NCBI GenBank assembly: GCA_963765895.1
Contig: CAVXZB010000023.1
Span: 192,001-256,000 of the forward strand
DNA length: 64,000 bases
Reading direction: 5' to 3'
Source of the DNA: an uncultured Nitrososphaeraceae archaeon
GTDB lineage: Archaea > Thermoproteota > Nitrososphaeria > Nitrososphaerales > Nitrososphaeraceae
Shown: in pieces, positions 10,657-22,478 of the stretch
Layout of the letters: every line of letters begins with the position of its first letter
Position numbering within the stretch: the stretch's first letter is position 1
The notes under the pieces: model-generated
Told to the model about the DNA's origin: nothing
The model's database searches: none
What the model saw: the letters and a program-made list of their open reading frames with translations, nothing else
Program-made: the position numbers and the translations under genes

Positions 10657-11840
10657 TTCTGATCGTGCTCCTTTACCAGCCCCGCATCATCTATCAGCGG
10701 ATCAACAAAAGATCTCAAGCCATCAGAAATAAAGCCCAATGATTTGTCCAAGAATTCTGGATAAATCGGCAGCCGGGCTCTCAATCCGTGAGCCTTTTGC
10801 AGAGTAATGCTCCTGACTATCTCTACGTCTGGCCAAGAGTGTTCGGGATTGACGTAATCGATCGTGACCGGAGAAATCCCTCCCCAGTCATTGATACCTG
10901 CATCTATAAAATCACCAAGTCGGCCTCGATTAAGGTTTGGTGGAACCTGGATATTCATATTGTTCATGACTAGTCGCGCAACAGCCACACATTTTATGAA
11001 GTAAGAATGAGATGGCCTATTAATCTTGACCATTGCGGTATTTGCCTTTGGGGAAAAATTCTGCATGATTACCTCTTGGAGATGGCCAAACTTGCTTTGA
11101 ATTTCCTTAATTACAAACAACGAATCAATCATCTCTTCAGGGGTCTCGCCTATGCCAACAAGCAATCCAGTCGTCATTGGAATTTTGAGTTCGCCGGCGC
11201 TTTGAATTGTCTTTGTCCTGAGTTTTGGATTCTTACTCCGAGCCATTTCATGAGGCATTCCCTCCCCAAGGAGTCTTTCGCTTGAGGACTCCAACATGAG
11301 ACCTAGACTCACGTTCGTATCCTTTAATGAAGACATTTCTTTTTTTGTGAGACAACCTGCATTAGTGTGTGGTAGCAATCCAGTCTTGTAAAGAACCATC
11401 TCACTAACTTCACTAATATAGTCAACGATTGAGGAGTGACCTAGCGACTTTAACCATTCTTTGGCTTTTGAATATCTTGCCTCCGGTCTTTCGCCAGTAA
11501 CAATCAGGGCCTCAGTACACCTTGTCATTTTTCCACTCTGAGCAATCGAGAGCACTTGATCTCGGCTCATCATCGACAGGGACTCATCGGTAGGCTCTTT
11601 TTTGTAGGTACAATATGAGCACGTATCACGACACAAGTTGATCAAATTTATGAAAACTTTAGGTGAATAGGTAATCGGACCAGGCTTGAACCTATCTCTG
11701 ATTGACTTTGCTGTCTGTAAAATCGAGTGAGTGTTCTCAGATTTGAGAAGTAGAACAGCTTCTGTCCTCGAGATCGATTTGCCTTCCAAAGTTTTATTCA
11801 GTACCTCGTTAATTTCGTTTTCAACCGTACACGAAAACAT
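10653..11840 (-). CDS. cofG: FO synthase subunit CofG (radical SAM)
   Basis: ITYSPKVFI..LCRDTCSYC, LPHTNAG, QVPPNL, DWGGISPVTIDYVNPE; overlaps cofH. Confidence 0.95.
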   Translation of the reverse strand: MFSCTVENEINEVLNKTLEGKSISRTEAVLLLKSENTHSILQTAKSIRDRFKPGPITYSPKVFINLINLCRDTCSYCTYKKEPTDESLSMMSRDQVLSIAQSGKMTRCTEALIVTGERPEARYSKAKEWLKSLGHSSIVDYISEVSEMVLYKTGLLPHTNAGCLTKKEMSSLKDTNVSLGLMLESSSERLLGEGMPHEMARSKNPKLRTKTIQSAGELKIPMTTGLLVGIGETPEEMIDSLFVIKEIQSKFGHLQEVIMQNFSPKANTAMVKINRPSHSYFIKCVAVARLVMNNMNIQVPPNLNRGRLGDFIDAGINDWGGISPVTIDYVNPEHSWPDVEIVRSITLQKAHGLRARLPIYPEFLDKSLGFISDGLRSFVDPLIDDAGLVKEHDQN

Positions 11841-11975
11841 CCTTAAATCTTATACCTAACTCATTATTAACAATTAGCTAAGAACAGTATTAATACTGAT
11901 TATTGCGGTTTCATCTAATTTTGGTATTGAGTGATCAAATCTATCTACGATTTTATGAATTAAGCAGCTTAATGG

Positions 11976-13205
11976 TCAGCCAATCGGGTGTTGATCTCTG
12001 TTTACTGTATATTCTCTGCCATGCCAATCAACTGCATTTTGTTTGTTCGCATCTAAATTTGATGATATAAAGGATGCAGAAATGACAGCACCGCCTACTG
12101 GCGAAGCAAAGGCATAAATTAATTTCTCACGAATACCAAATTTTAGCTGAACCGCATCAGTTATGATTATTAACACAATAGTTCCTAAATCCGATGAAAT
12201 TAAAATAAAAAACAACAATCTTTCTAAATTATATCCATTAAGGATCAGGAATATGGAGTAGGGGAGGATGATGAACGGTCCAATTAGTAAAAAAAGGAGC
12301 GCGACAGTCAACAAGATAGTCCGGTTCTTGTGTTGAGAATACATAGGAATAACCAATCTTCGCAATCCGTTCCATAATGTCTCCAGGTCTCTAGCCCATA
12401 CAGCTTGAATATCACCCTCGCCACGAAACATTTTCATTTCATATTTCCCCCGTTTGACCTTACCCCCCAAAGCCCCATCCTCTATAAGTTCCTGCTTTAC
12501 ACTTTCATGAGTACCTATTTTTTCGTATGTTTGCCTAGTTATTAGAAAAAAACTTCCAAAAAAGTAGCCTATAGTTGTATTAGGATCATTGACTCTCAAA
12601 GCAGAAAAACGAGTATGTAAAAAAATCGAAAGCATTGGTACAGTGATTCTCGTCCAAATTTCATTGCACATTAATCTTGGAACAACGGTTAGAGCCTTTA
12701 ATTTCTGCGCCATCATTACTGTAATGGCTCTAGTCATTAGTTGAGAGCTATGAACGGTATCTGCATCAGTAAATAACAAAATATCACCACTAGACCTTAG
12801 ATATCCTTGGTAGCAGGCCCAGTTTTTTCCAACCCAGCCTTTAGGTGCTGGGTCGGCATCTATTACGACAAGTCTACGATCATTTTTAGAGTATTGATCC
12901 ATGATTTCACCAGTCCGGTCAGTGGAAAAATCATTAATAGCGATGATTTCAAAATTGGGATAGTCTTGTCCTATTAAACTATCAAGACATTTTGCAATAT
13001 ACTGTTCCTCATTAAGGGCTGGTACTATAACACTCACCTTTGGAAAAGTCTCCAGCCGCAATTCGACAGCCTCAGTCAGCACAGGAGATCTTCTATAGGA
13101 CTTTATAGAATAAAGTAGGAGATATACCCAAGTACCCAGGATTGCAATCATAATGGCTCCTAGAAGAATATTAATCAGTAGAGGGAAGTTTAAACTTGAA
13201 TCCAA
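11976..13205 (-). CDS. Membrane glycosyltransferase family 2
   Basis: N-terminal TM, VSVIVPALNEE, DFSTDRT, GWVGKNWAC, FTDAD, IED, C-terminal TMs. Confidence 0.9.
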   Translation of the reverse strand: MDSSLNFPLLINILLGAIMIAILGTWVYLLLYSIKSYRRSPVLTEAVELRLETFPKVSVIVPALNEEQYIAKCLDSLIGQDYPNFEIIAINDFSTDRTGEIMDQYSKNDRRLVVIDADPAPKGWVGKNWACYQGYLRSSGDILLFTDADTVHSSQLMTRAITVMMAQKLKALTVVPRLMCNEIWTRITVPMLSIFLHTRFSALRVNDPNTTIGYFFGSFFLITRQTYEKIGTHESVKQELIEDGALGGKVKRGKYEMKMFRGEGDIQAVWARDLETLWNGLRRLVIPMYSQHKNRTILLTVALLFLLIGPFIILPYSIFLILNGYNLERLLFFILISSDLGTIVLIIITDAVQLKFGIREKLIYAFASPVGGAVISASFISSNLDANKQNAVDWHGREYTVNRDQHPIG

Positions 13206-13764
13206 TTCTTTGGTATACGATACTGAATTAATTGACAGATATAGATTACGATCCTGACTTCATGAGGAGAGCATAGCGCCTACGCCATCGCCTCTCGGAA
13301 ACAGAATGTTTAGAAATTAGGAGCAAGCCAAAAGAATCTTCGAACTAAACATTATTCCGCACTGATTTTAATGAAAATGCCCTTTTTCGACGATGTAATC
13401 ATTCATAATATCACAGTCTTAACATATTTTTGCCAGGATATCAATGGTCTGTACAAATTTGGGATTATTATTATTATTATTAATGCCAAATTATGTCTCT
13501 ATAAAGGTTAGGTTAAGTTAGGTTGGGCTGGGTTGGGCGTGGTTCTCCTAGTAATTCATGCCAATTCTGCCGCATATCGTTCTAATGGATTGGTCAACGT
13601 AAATGAGCTAGCGAGCATATTTCAGATCCTCAGTGTAAGCCGTCGTTCATAGATCCTAGCCATATCGTTATCCAGGGAATATCTATTTGACTTGCTTATA
13701 TATTGACCATCACAGGAAGAAAAGTCTATTAATGTAGAGCCAGTGCATTGGAACTGGGATTAAT

Positions 13765-14040
13765 CTATCCTCCGGCAATAGTTGATGCTTTGGTTGTTAC
13801 GAATGCTTCGCTAATTTGATGATATATTCTCAAAAAATGCAAACCTTTTTCAGTTGTACTATATGTCCTTTCGCCTTCCTGATATGTAATTAGGCCATTA
13901 CCTAGTAGTTGAGATAAATATTCTTTAAGCTGCACGTATGAAAGGTAGGCTTTGTACATTATCCTAATTTGCGTAGCCTTTCTTCCCCTTGCGATCTCCA
14001 AGATCAGCGCAATTATTTCTAGATTATTTCTATTCTTCAC
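13765..14040 (-). CDS. Winged-helix transcription regulator (HTH_45/DUF4364-like)
   Basis: RNNLEIIALILE...TQIRIMYKAYLSYVQLKEYL...YSTTEKG. Confidence 0.88.
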   Translation of the reverse strand: MKNRNNLEIIALILEIARGRKATQIRIMYKAYLSYVQLKEYLSQLLGNGLITYQEGERTYSTTEKGLHFLRIYHQISEAFVTTKASTIAGG

Positions 14041-14519
14041 TCTAATATCGTAAATTTATACGAACATTGAATAAAAACCTCGTCAAACACTATTATAGAA
14101 GCGATTACTATATTGAGGTAACAATAAAGTTCTAGTCTTATTAAATCTTAGGAGTGTACTATATGTTTCTTTTTATTCATACAATTTTTCCGACACAGAG
14201 TCTAAGGAGGCACAGAGATGTTAAAGTTATTGAACGAAGGCATTGATTCAATTCATAATCGGAAATCGTGATGTAATTTTCATATTATCTGCCTAGTTCA
14301 TTCATAAAAAACAATTTGCTAGAAAAAACCGCGAGGAAACTGAAGTGTTGAATTCTAGACCAAGATTCGATTTAATAAATTGCGAAATCTAGACAAACGA
14401 GTAGTCTTATCGCCCTCGAGCACTAGAGGGGATCTACTTTAGACTATCAAAAAATCTATGTTACTTGGCCTTTAGTATCTACGCACCGATTAGCACTACA
14501 GAGATACAGCAAATTATGC

Positions 14520-15239
14520 TCAACCAATACCAGGACTGGAATTTTGTGAACTCTTTTGGTTTTGAATGCCTTGTAGTATTGCTTCGTATTGTTTGTCCAG
14601 AGATCTAGTGTTGAGTGGTATTCCTTCAATTCTGGCGAAGGCCTTCACGATACTTTTTGCAGCCAAGGGTTGGGGGAAGGTTGTTTCAGAAATCTCTCCG
14701 AAAAGACCTAGGGCATCTACTTTTCTTTCCCTAGCGAGTCCAAGTATCAAACCATTGAACCATGTTATACTATCAATTTCATTCCCAATCAGTTCTATTT
14801 TGAATTTTGTCAATATACTTTTGAGATCCGGATTGTTTACTACGCCGCAAACTCTCGGAGCACCTGTTACTTGTTCCCTAAAATATCCTCCTGCAGCATA
14901 TAGGAGCCTAACTCTTCCAACTTCTAGTGTGTAGTCTAGAAGGAGATTACATAGTTTGTGAAGCTCCCTAGTCTCTTGCGGTTGGGTGTTGCCTGTAAAA
15001 ATTAGCAGATTAGCATCCTCACTAAAATAGATTTGGTAGGAATCAACCGTGCACCTTGCTACACCATTTTTGTACGAAACCCAAGGCTTTTCATCTGAGA
15101 TTATTTCTGCTACAAATTCTGTCTTGAGGTTTTCTGCCAGGTAGGAAGAGGCAATTCCTCCTACCTTACCAATATCAGGTAATGATGCGAAAAGAATAAA
15201 ATTATCTGATTTGATATCTTTTATTTTATTGAATTTCAT
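14520..15239 (-). CDS. PAC2-family proteasome assembly chaperone
   Basis: SLPDIGKVG, FTGNTQPQ, AAGGY, ITWFNGLILG, GEISE..PQPLAA. Confidence 0.85.
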   Translation of the reverse strand: MKFNKIKDIKSDNFILFASLPDIGKVGGIASSYLAENLKTEFVAEIISDEKPWVSYKNGVARCTVDSYQIYFSEDANLLIFTGNTQPQETRELHKLCNLLLDYTLEVGRVRLLYAAGGYFREQVTGAPRVCGVVNNPDLKSILTKFKIELIGNEIDSITWFNGLILGLARERKVDALGLFGEISETTFPQPLAAKSIVKAFARIEGIPLNTRSLDKQYEAILQGIQNQKSSQNSSPGIG

Positions 15240-15603
15240 TTTTCATTTTTCTTGGCTTTATAGATGTTTCACTTGGGAGGAAATAGCGCAAAGTTTATTA
15301 GGGAAAAATTCGATCCCTTTAGAGAGCTTTGCATAAACAGTTTGAGATACCATAAGCATAGGTTTGTGTCGGTTCATGAATATCGCAGATTCATAGGGTA
15401 TGCGAATAACTGGTATATTAGTCACATCGATTGTATAAAGTAAAGCATGAATAAAAATCATACCATGCTTACAATAAAAGATGATCTGTGTTTGGAGTTA
15501 CTTTAATTGAGGATTATCAAATATCAGAAATAGAGTAGGAGCTGCTTGAGAAGCCGTAAATGCAATGGGCTGGGATTATTTACATTAAAAAATTTAGCTA
15601 AAT

Positions 15604-15960
15604 CTATCGGATTTGTTCGTCTATATTATCGATACATTGTAAATATAAATCCCGGCTTCTTTTTATTATCCATTTTGCAAAATCGTCCAAGTTAAATACG
15701 TACTGTTGTTGAAAACTTGGCGGTATGAAGCCTCCGTGCGTTAAAACTTGGACTATTACATATTTCTCGTTGATTGTTGCTACTTCTTCTTCTGCGGCAG
15801 ATTCCGACTCCTCAACAATATTTCTGTATAGTAGAATTGGTCTCTTTTTCTTTCTAGATAAAAGTGATGCATGAGTTAGTTTGTCTCTAAACTGTTCCAC
15901 TAGCCAACCGTCTAGCGTTACCTGCCTCCTATTGATAGCCAGTTGCTCCTTTCTTATCAA
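15604..15960 (-). CDS. Hypothetical protein
   Basis: 118-aa ORF with upstream TATA-like element; no motif recognised. Confidence 0.7.
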   Translation of the reverse strand: MIRKEQLAINRRQVTLDGWLVEQFRDKLTHASLLSRKKKRPILLYRNIVEESESAAEEEVATINEKYVIVQVLTHGGFIPPSFQQQYVFNLDDFAKWIIKRSRDLYLQCIDNIDEQIR

Positions 15961-16628
15961 AGTACTAACTATAATACCTTTCTAATTGGCATATATTATA
16001 ACATAGATGGTAATATTTTTTGACTATGTAAATAGATATCTTTCATAAACTTGGAAATTTGAATGCAAAAATGATGCTAGTTAGTAACGATGGCTTCCGA
16101 TTAAGATTTATCATATTCGCTCTTCGAACCCAAAAGAACTGTTGAACTTGTCATGTCCTCAATCTATATAATCTCTCTTTTTAACGTTTAAGTCGTCGCT
16201 TCCGACGGAACATATTAGTCATTTATGATAACACAGTCGGTTTAAACCTCTCCAAATCCAAAAGTCTTTTTATGTTTGAATTATTTTCGGGTTCAGATGG
16301 AGGAGCTCTGATTGACCTTTTTATTATTGGTAGTTCTTTTTAATTCAAATCTTCTTATTATATGCTGTATTATTGAATAATTATCAATAGGCTGTATAAT
16401 ATTTGTGAAACGACGTATTGAAAACAAAATTAATAATGATCTTATCCAAGTTTCTAAGAAAATATACCAACTTGATTTGGATAACCCCACAGATCATCCT
16501 AGACTATTAGAATGAGCGCAACGCGGTACTCTAATGATAATCAGGCTAATTAGGCTTGGCCTAGATAGAAGTATTATTGAGTTTGACTGCCATTGGCACA
16601 TATAGAGCATAGATCTAATGAAATAAAC

Positions 16629-17928
16629 ATGATTCCAATTAACAAGCCAATGATAGGTGAAGAGGAACGGCGTGAAGTATTAGAGGTTTTAGATGAAAAT
16701 TCCACCCTCACATCGCCTGCAAAGGATGGTGGTAAAAAGGTACAAAATTTTGAACAACTTTTACGCGAGTTTCTGCATGTAAAACATGCAATAGCCGTGA
16801 ACTCAGGCACGGCGGCTTTGTATTCTTCCTTCGTCGCTCTTGGGATAAAGCCAGGTGACGAGATTATATTGCCATCATTTACATTTGTTGCTACGGCAAA
16901 TGCTGTCATAGCTGCTGGCGGTAAACCAGTTTTCGTTGATATTAAGAAACAGGAATCCGATTATACTATGGATATTCAAGATTTGAAATCGAAATTTACG
17001 GATAAAACTAGAGTAGTTGTGCCGGTTCATCTCTATGGAAACCCGGCTAATTTAGATGAAATCGGTGAAGTTTTGCGACAGTCCTCGAATGGTTATGTGG
17101 ATATTGTCGAGGACGCATGCCAATCGCTTGGTTCGACATATAGGAAACAACAGACAGGTACATTCGGTCTAATGGGCTGCTTTAGCATGTACGCTAGTAA
17201 GGTAGTAACATCAGGCGAAGGAGGAGCAATAGTGACTAATAGTGATGAGATCGCTGATCGACTAAAGATGATCAGAAACCACGGCATGGTGGAAGGGTAT
17301 GATACTCGCATTTTCGGTTTAAATTTGCGTTTACCAGAAATGAGTGCAGCCGTGGCTAAGGCCCAAATGTTAAAGCTTCCTAAAATGTTAACTCAAAGGA
17401 GACGAAACGCCAAACTGCTGACCGAGCTATTATCAGATTCAGGTACCAACTCTACAAAAAGCGTAGCTGAATTTGTAACACTTCCAGAGCATAAAAGGGG
17501 CATCGATGAGAAGGAACCCAATTGGTATTTGTACACTTTGGCTTTTACAAGGGATGGGATCAGAGATAATATACTGAAAAAGTTGATAACTGAGTACAAG
17601 ATTGGCGCGGCTGTGTATTATGACCCTCCAGTTCACAAAACGCCATTTTACGAAGAGATGGCACTTATTTCAAGGGCTCCAGGTGTTAATATTCCGACGC
17701 CTATTGCCAATGACAAACACTCTCATCAGCTGGAGCCATCTACTGGTAATTCAACGAAAAAGTCTATTGAAAATAGCGACATTAAAACTAACGGCATAAA
17801 GCTAACAAATACGAACTGGGCAAGTAAGCATGTACCTATCATTACCTGTACATCCACTTTTAACCGATCAGGATATAAACTATATTGCGGCTAGTCTAAT
17901 CGAGACAGTAAGCTCGTTTGCTTCGTAA
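16629..17928 (+). CDS. DegT/DnrJ/EryC1/StrS PLP-dependent sugar aminotransferase; frameshift near 17837
   Basis: NSGTAAL, SFTFVATANA, PVHLYG, EDACQSLG, SMYASKVVTSGEGG. The alternate frame gives the canonical LSLPVHPLLTDQDINYIA end. Confidence 0.92.
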
Positions 17929-18311
17929 TTAGATGTCAGATTTAGATTGTCAGGTTGTACACCTAATATGCCAGACTTTTTGTATAATTTTATTCGATTG
18001 GAATTATGAAGTCAAAATAGCCCGCAAATCTACAAGCACTAACATTTGTAGGTCATTCAAATTATTTCTTTGGAGGAAGTATTGGATTAACGAGAGCGTT
18101 AAGCCCTTTATGAAGGACAATTAGGCTGGTTTGCTAATTAAATCTGTCTCGATAACCACTAATGGAACCTGAATTAGATATGGCGCGAATTAATTAAGCG
18201 GGACCACGTCAACAAGATATTTATCTTCAGAAGTAGGAAGATGGAGCTGAGACAAGGTCGAAATCGCATATGGTTTAAATAATATGTAAATCGATTAGTT
18301 TTAGATATAAT

Positions 18312-18848
18312 ATGCCAATAGATCCAGACTTTCCGAAAAACCATCAAGTGATTGGTAAACATTCGCTTTCTGACGATGAACACTACCATTATGTTTGGGG
18401 TCCAGGCAGAGCTGCAGAAGCTACAGAAAACGAAGAAGTCAAAGCGGCCTTTGCTGCTAGAGGAGAACAACAAGTCCCTCTGGGTGTACACGGCACTATG
18501 GTTGCAATTGATTGGGACTCTTGTGTTGCTGATGGAGCTTGCATCGAGGCCTGCCCAGTCCAAGTATTCCAATGGTACAGGACAGAACAAGATGAGCCTC
18601 CTCAGCAAATGGTCAATGCTACAAGCGCAGGGACAGGAAGTACAGTTAAGGAAGAGAGAAAGGATTATACTGACAAGGCTGATCCGATACGAGAACATGA
18701 CTGTATTTGGTGCATGGCCTGTGTTTCTGTTTGCCCTCCGCAGGCAGTAAAAGTAGACCAGTCGAGCCTAGAGTTTCACGAAAAGGCATCAGGTACATTT
18801 AACGAGGCACTTTCAAAAGGTAGCGCGCCCCCTCCACACGCTCACTAA
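18312..18848 (+). CDS. zfx: Zinc-containing dicluster ferredoxin
   Basis: His-rich N-terminal extension, LGVHGTMVAIDWDSCVADGACIEACP and CIWCMACVSVCP. Confidence 0.9.
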   Translation: MPIDPDFPKNHQVIGKHSLSDDEHYHYVWGPGRAAEATENEEVKAAFAARGEQQVPLGVHGTMVAIDWDSCVADGACIEACPVQVFQWYRTEQDEPPQQMVNATSAGTGSTVKEERKDYTDKADPIREHDCIWCMACVSVCPPQAVKVDQSSLEFHEKASGTFNEALSKGSAPPPHAH

Positions 18849-19093
18849 ATTTCGGACATCAACTTTCTTTATTTTTCTATTATTCACTCTCACTCAATGC
18901 TAGAATTGATTCCTTGATGCATCAAGATACTGGATATGTCCGAACAGTCAGTCACTGCCAGATTTGATTTCCAATCAATATAACCGATCGAAACTATGGA
19001 CTTCGACCTTTAGACATCAAGTTAAGGGGAAACTAAAATTCAAAATTATCATCGTGTCAAGATATCTTACAGAAATTTAAAAACAATTTGCAG

Positions 19094-19510
19094 TTATTCA
19101 ACCGTCTTATCATATTCATCCTGCTTTAGTTTGTCAGAAAATGAAATCAGCTTTCCATGATCTTCAATTTTAATATTATTATTTACTCTTATACTTAATC
19201 CCACAGATCTGAAAAGCGCTAATAGTTCTCCACCGGAGATCGATTGATTTAGTTCTCCGATTTTAATTAATTCTACAATTTTGTGAACGATAGATTTAGT
19301 TTGAACCGGAAATTGAGACTCGGCCAGACGTAATACCTCATCTCCTCTATCGTGTAAATAATCTAACATAATCTCTCTGTCTGTCCTTCGTGATTTTGAT
19401 TCAGCTTCTTGCCTTTTCAATTTCTCCCTCTCCATCATAGACATGTACTCACGCAACTCCTTCATTTTACGAGCTTTAATAATTGCTAAATCAGCGTCTT
19501 CTTCCGACAT
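19094..19510 (-). CDS. PDCD5-like dsDNA-binding protein
   Basis: DADLAIIKARKMKEL N-terminus and family-like helical core; start overlaps rtcB stop. Confidence 0.75.
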   Translation of the reverse strand: MSEEDADLAIIKARKMKELREYMSMMEREKLKRQEAESKSRRTDREIMLDYLHDRGDEVLRLAESQFPVQTKSIVHKIVELIKIGELNQSISGGELLALFRSVGLSIRVNNNIKIEDHGKLISFSDKLKQDEYDKTVE

Positions 19511-20986
19511 TAGCCTTTCATTACTCCAATTGGAACCAACCGTATTGCTTTTGTGGCTATACCAAGTGAGTGTGACACATTGACTACAGAGTCTACATCC
19601 TTGTATGCATAAGGAGATTCTTCTACTATTCCATCCTTTGTTAGAGATTTTATGTAAATCCCTCTTGATTCTAGGCTTTTCCTTACATTGTCCACCGTAT
19701 AGTTTCTTTTTGCCGCCAATCTAGACATTGCCCTTCCAGCTCCATGTGCAGTGGATCCAAAACTCAAATATTCAGATTTTCCATTACCCAAAAGGAGCCA
19801 GCTTGCAGTCCCCATAGATCCTGGTATTATCACAGGTTGGCCAAGGTTACGATATTTACTGGGTATTTCATTCATACCTAGAGAGAATGCTCTTGTTGCA
19901 CCCTTTCTATGTACAACAAGATCGCAAAGTCCTCGGTCATCTACTTTGTGAGACTCTACCTTTGCAATATTATGGGATACATCATATACAACTTGCATAT
20001 TCAAATCATTTTCACTCAATTTCAAAACCTTTTCAAATGTTTTTCTTACCCAATGAGTTATAATCTGTCTGTTTGACCATGCAAAATTTAATGCAGAAAA
20101 CATTCCCTTAAGATAGGCCTTGCCCTCGGATGACTGATAAGGAACGCAGGCAAGCTCTCTATCAGGAATCTTAATGTCATATTTCTTCAATGCTCCTTCT
20201 GATATTTTCAGATAGTCGCTGCAAACTTGATGGCCAAAGCCCCTAGAACCGCAATGAATAAGAATAGCCAATTGACCTTCCTTTTCAAATCCCATTGATT
20301 TTGCAGCATTATTATCAAAGATTTCATCTACTTTTTGTATTTCTAGAAAATGATTACCAGAACCCAGGCTCCCTAATTGATTGCTTCCACGTTTTTTGGC
20401 CGTCTCGGAAACCATGCTAGGATCAGCTCCTGCCATCATTCCTCCTTCCTCACATACTTCTAGATCCTCGGGCCATCCATAACCTTGAGAAACGACGGAT
20501 TTTGCACCTTCTAAAAGAAAATTATCAAGATCTGATCTACCTAGTTTGGCCGACTCCCTGGCCACCGACACCAGAAGGGATGGCCCTAAAGAGTTCATCA
20601 ACGAGAGTTCTGATGTCACCTTTTAAATCCTGTTCAGATAGGTTAGTCCTAATCAATCTCACGCCACAATTGATATCATATCCGACTCCACCGGGGCTGA
20701 TAACTCCGTCTTCAATATCAGTAGCAGCAACCGAGCCCACAGGAAATCCATAACCTTCATGCCCATCAGGAAGTACAACAACATGCTTGCGCACGCCAGG
20801 TAGGGTAGATACATTAGCCGCCTGATGTATAGTTCTATCCAGCAGCATTTTTGAAAGCAGATTATCGTCCGCATAAATCGTGATTGGTACCCTCATCCCA
20901 TGAGATTCATCTCTTTCCAAAGTGAATTCAAAATCACTAATTTTCCTGACCTTGTGATTGCCAACTTTGGTTAATAATTCAGACAT
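19510..20986 (-). CDS. rtcB: RNA 2',3'-cyclic phosphate ligase RtcB; frameshift near 20555
   Basis: LPDGHEGYGFPVG, GVGYDINCGVR, LGSLGSGNHFLE, HCGSRG, HRKGAT, HGAGR, AYKDV. Confidence 0.95.
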
Positions 20987-21138
20987 ATGTAATATGGTGA
21001 ATTTCACTGGAAGTTATTATAAGCGTTCCCTTAGGCCGATAGTGAGAAATTGGTTGTTATGTCAATGTAGCATCTAATTGAGAAATGAAGTCGATTGTGG
21101 TGCGGGAATTGAATGAAATGTTGAGAAAAATAAGCACA

Positions 21139-22224
21139 TTAAAACCTGTCTATTATTACTCGCAAACCAAGATAGTTCTCCGTCGCCAACAACGCATTTT
21201 TTACTTCTATAAGAGAATAATGATGACTTATAATTTCTGACAATTTGATTTGACCTGTGGATACCAGATCTGCACCTTTCTTCAACATATTCGGAGTGGA
21301 ACTAAAGCTGCCAGTTACAGTGACTTGGTTATAATGAAGCCAGTTGAGATCTAAAGGCACAGAGCATCTTCCGATAAGTCCTGCGAAAATATTGATCCTA
21401 GAATTCTTTGCAGCAATTTTTAAAGCAAATTCGAAAGCAGCTGGACTACTGGTGGCAACAATAATCGAGTCCGCGCCATAACCATCTGTGTAGCACATCA
21501 CTCGTCTAAGTGTATCTTCATCATATCTACTATCATCCATATTGTTCCTGTTAAAGAATAGTGACAAATCTGCTCCAAGAGACGTAGCTTTAGCCAACCT
21601 TCCAGGGATTTTCCCGATCATGATTGTTCTCGTTCCGATGCTTTTTGATAACAATAGGTGAAGCAAACCTATAGGGCCATCTCCGATAATTGCCATTGTT
21701 CCCCCCGGACCAAGTCCCCGGCCTAGATTGATTTGACTATTTAGGCAGCACGCTAATGGCTCAAGTAAAGCGGCTTCATCGTCATTGATATTGTCCGGGA
21801 CAGGAACTAACCCGCCTATTTTGACCAATTGTGTTGGTATGTCAATGTATTCAGCAAACCCTCCGTTTATGGTGGATCCGATTTCTCTCAAGTGGAGACA
21901 AAGATTATATTCATTCCTACTGCAATACCTGCATCTCATGCATGGCACAATAGGCGAAACCGTAACTCTGGTTCCCGCTTTTATTAAAATCTCTTTACCA
22001 CCGAGTCCCGAATAAACATCCTTAGTAATCTCGCCACAAATCTCATGTCCCAATATAATAGGTGGAGTAACTTTCGAGTGTCCATTTCTGAAAACGCGAA
22101 CATCATAGCCACAAACTGCACACGCCTTAAGTTTAAGAGCAATTCCATCTTTGTTATTGATACTGGTTAGATAATTTTCTTTATTGACGATATTACCAGG
22201 ACCATAGAATACTGCGGCGCGCAT
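21139..22224 (-). CDS. Zn-dependent medium-chain (sugar-alcohol-type) dehydrogenase
   Basis: CGYD, GHE, CxxCxxC...C structural Zn site, EPLAC, GDGPIG. Confidence 0.9.
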   Translation of the reverse strand: MRAAVFYGPGNIVNKENYLTSINNKDGIALKLKACAVCGYDVRVFRNGHSKVTPPIILGHEICGEITKDVYSGLGGKEILIKAGTRVTVSPIVPCMRCRYCSRNEYNLCLHLREIGSTINGGFAEYIDIPTQLVKIGGLVPVPDNINDDEAALLEPLACCLNSQINLGRGLGPGGTMAIIGDGPIGLLHLLLSKSIGTRTIMIGKIPGRLAKATSLGADLSLFFNRNNMDDSRYDEDTLRRVMCYTDGYGADSIIVATSSPAAFEFALKIAAKNSRINIFAGLIGRCSVPLDLNWLHYNQVTVTGSFSSTPNMLKKGADLVSTGQIKLSEIISHHYSLIEVKNALLATENYLGLRVIIDRF

Positions 22225-22478
22225 ATTTCAAAGTGTTAATTGTATCCTTAAAATACGCTACTATGTTTTGCCAAATGCACTATTTGCAACATGTATATTA
22301 TCATCTTTTCGAATTCGTCTGGAACGTTCTACTTTAGTTGAATATTTAATAATGGGCTGAGACAACCAGTAGATCTTTTTCCAGTCCTTAATCTAAATCA
22401 CCCTCCAAAGGGATATGTTTGTGGGAACGCTAATCTGTACAGGATTTTAAATTAGAAATACCGCTGGAGTATTAAAGA

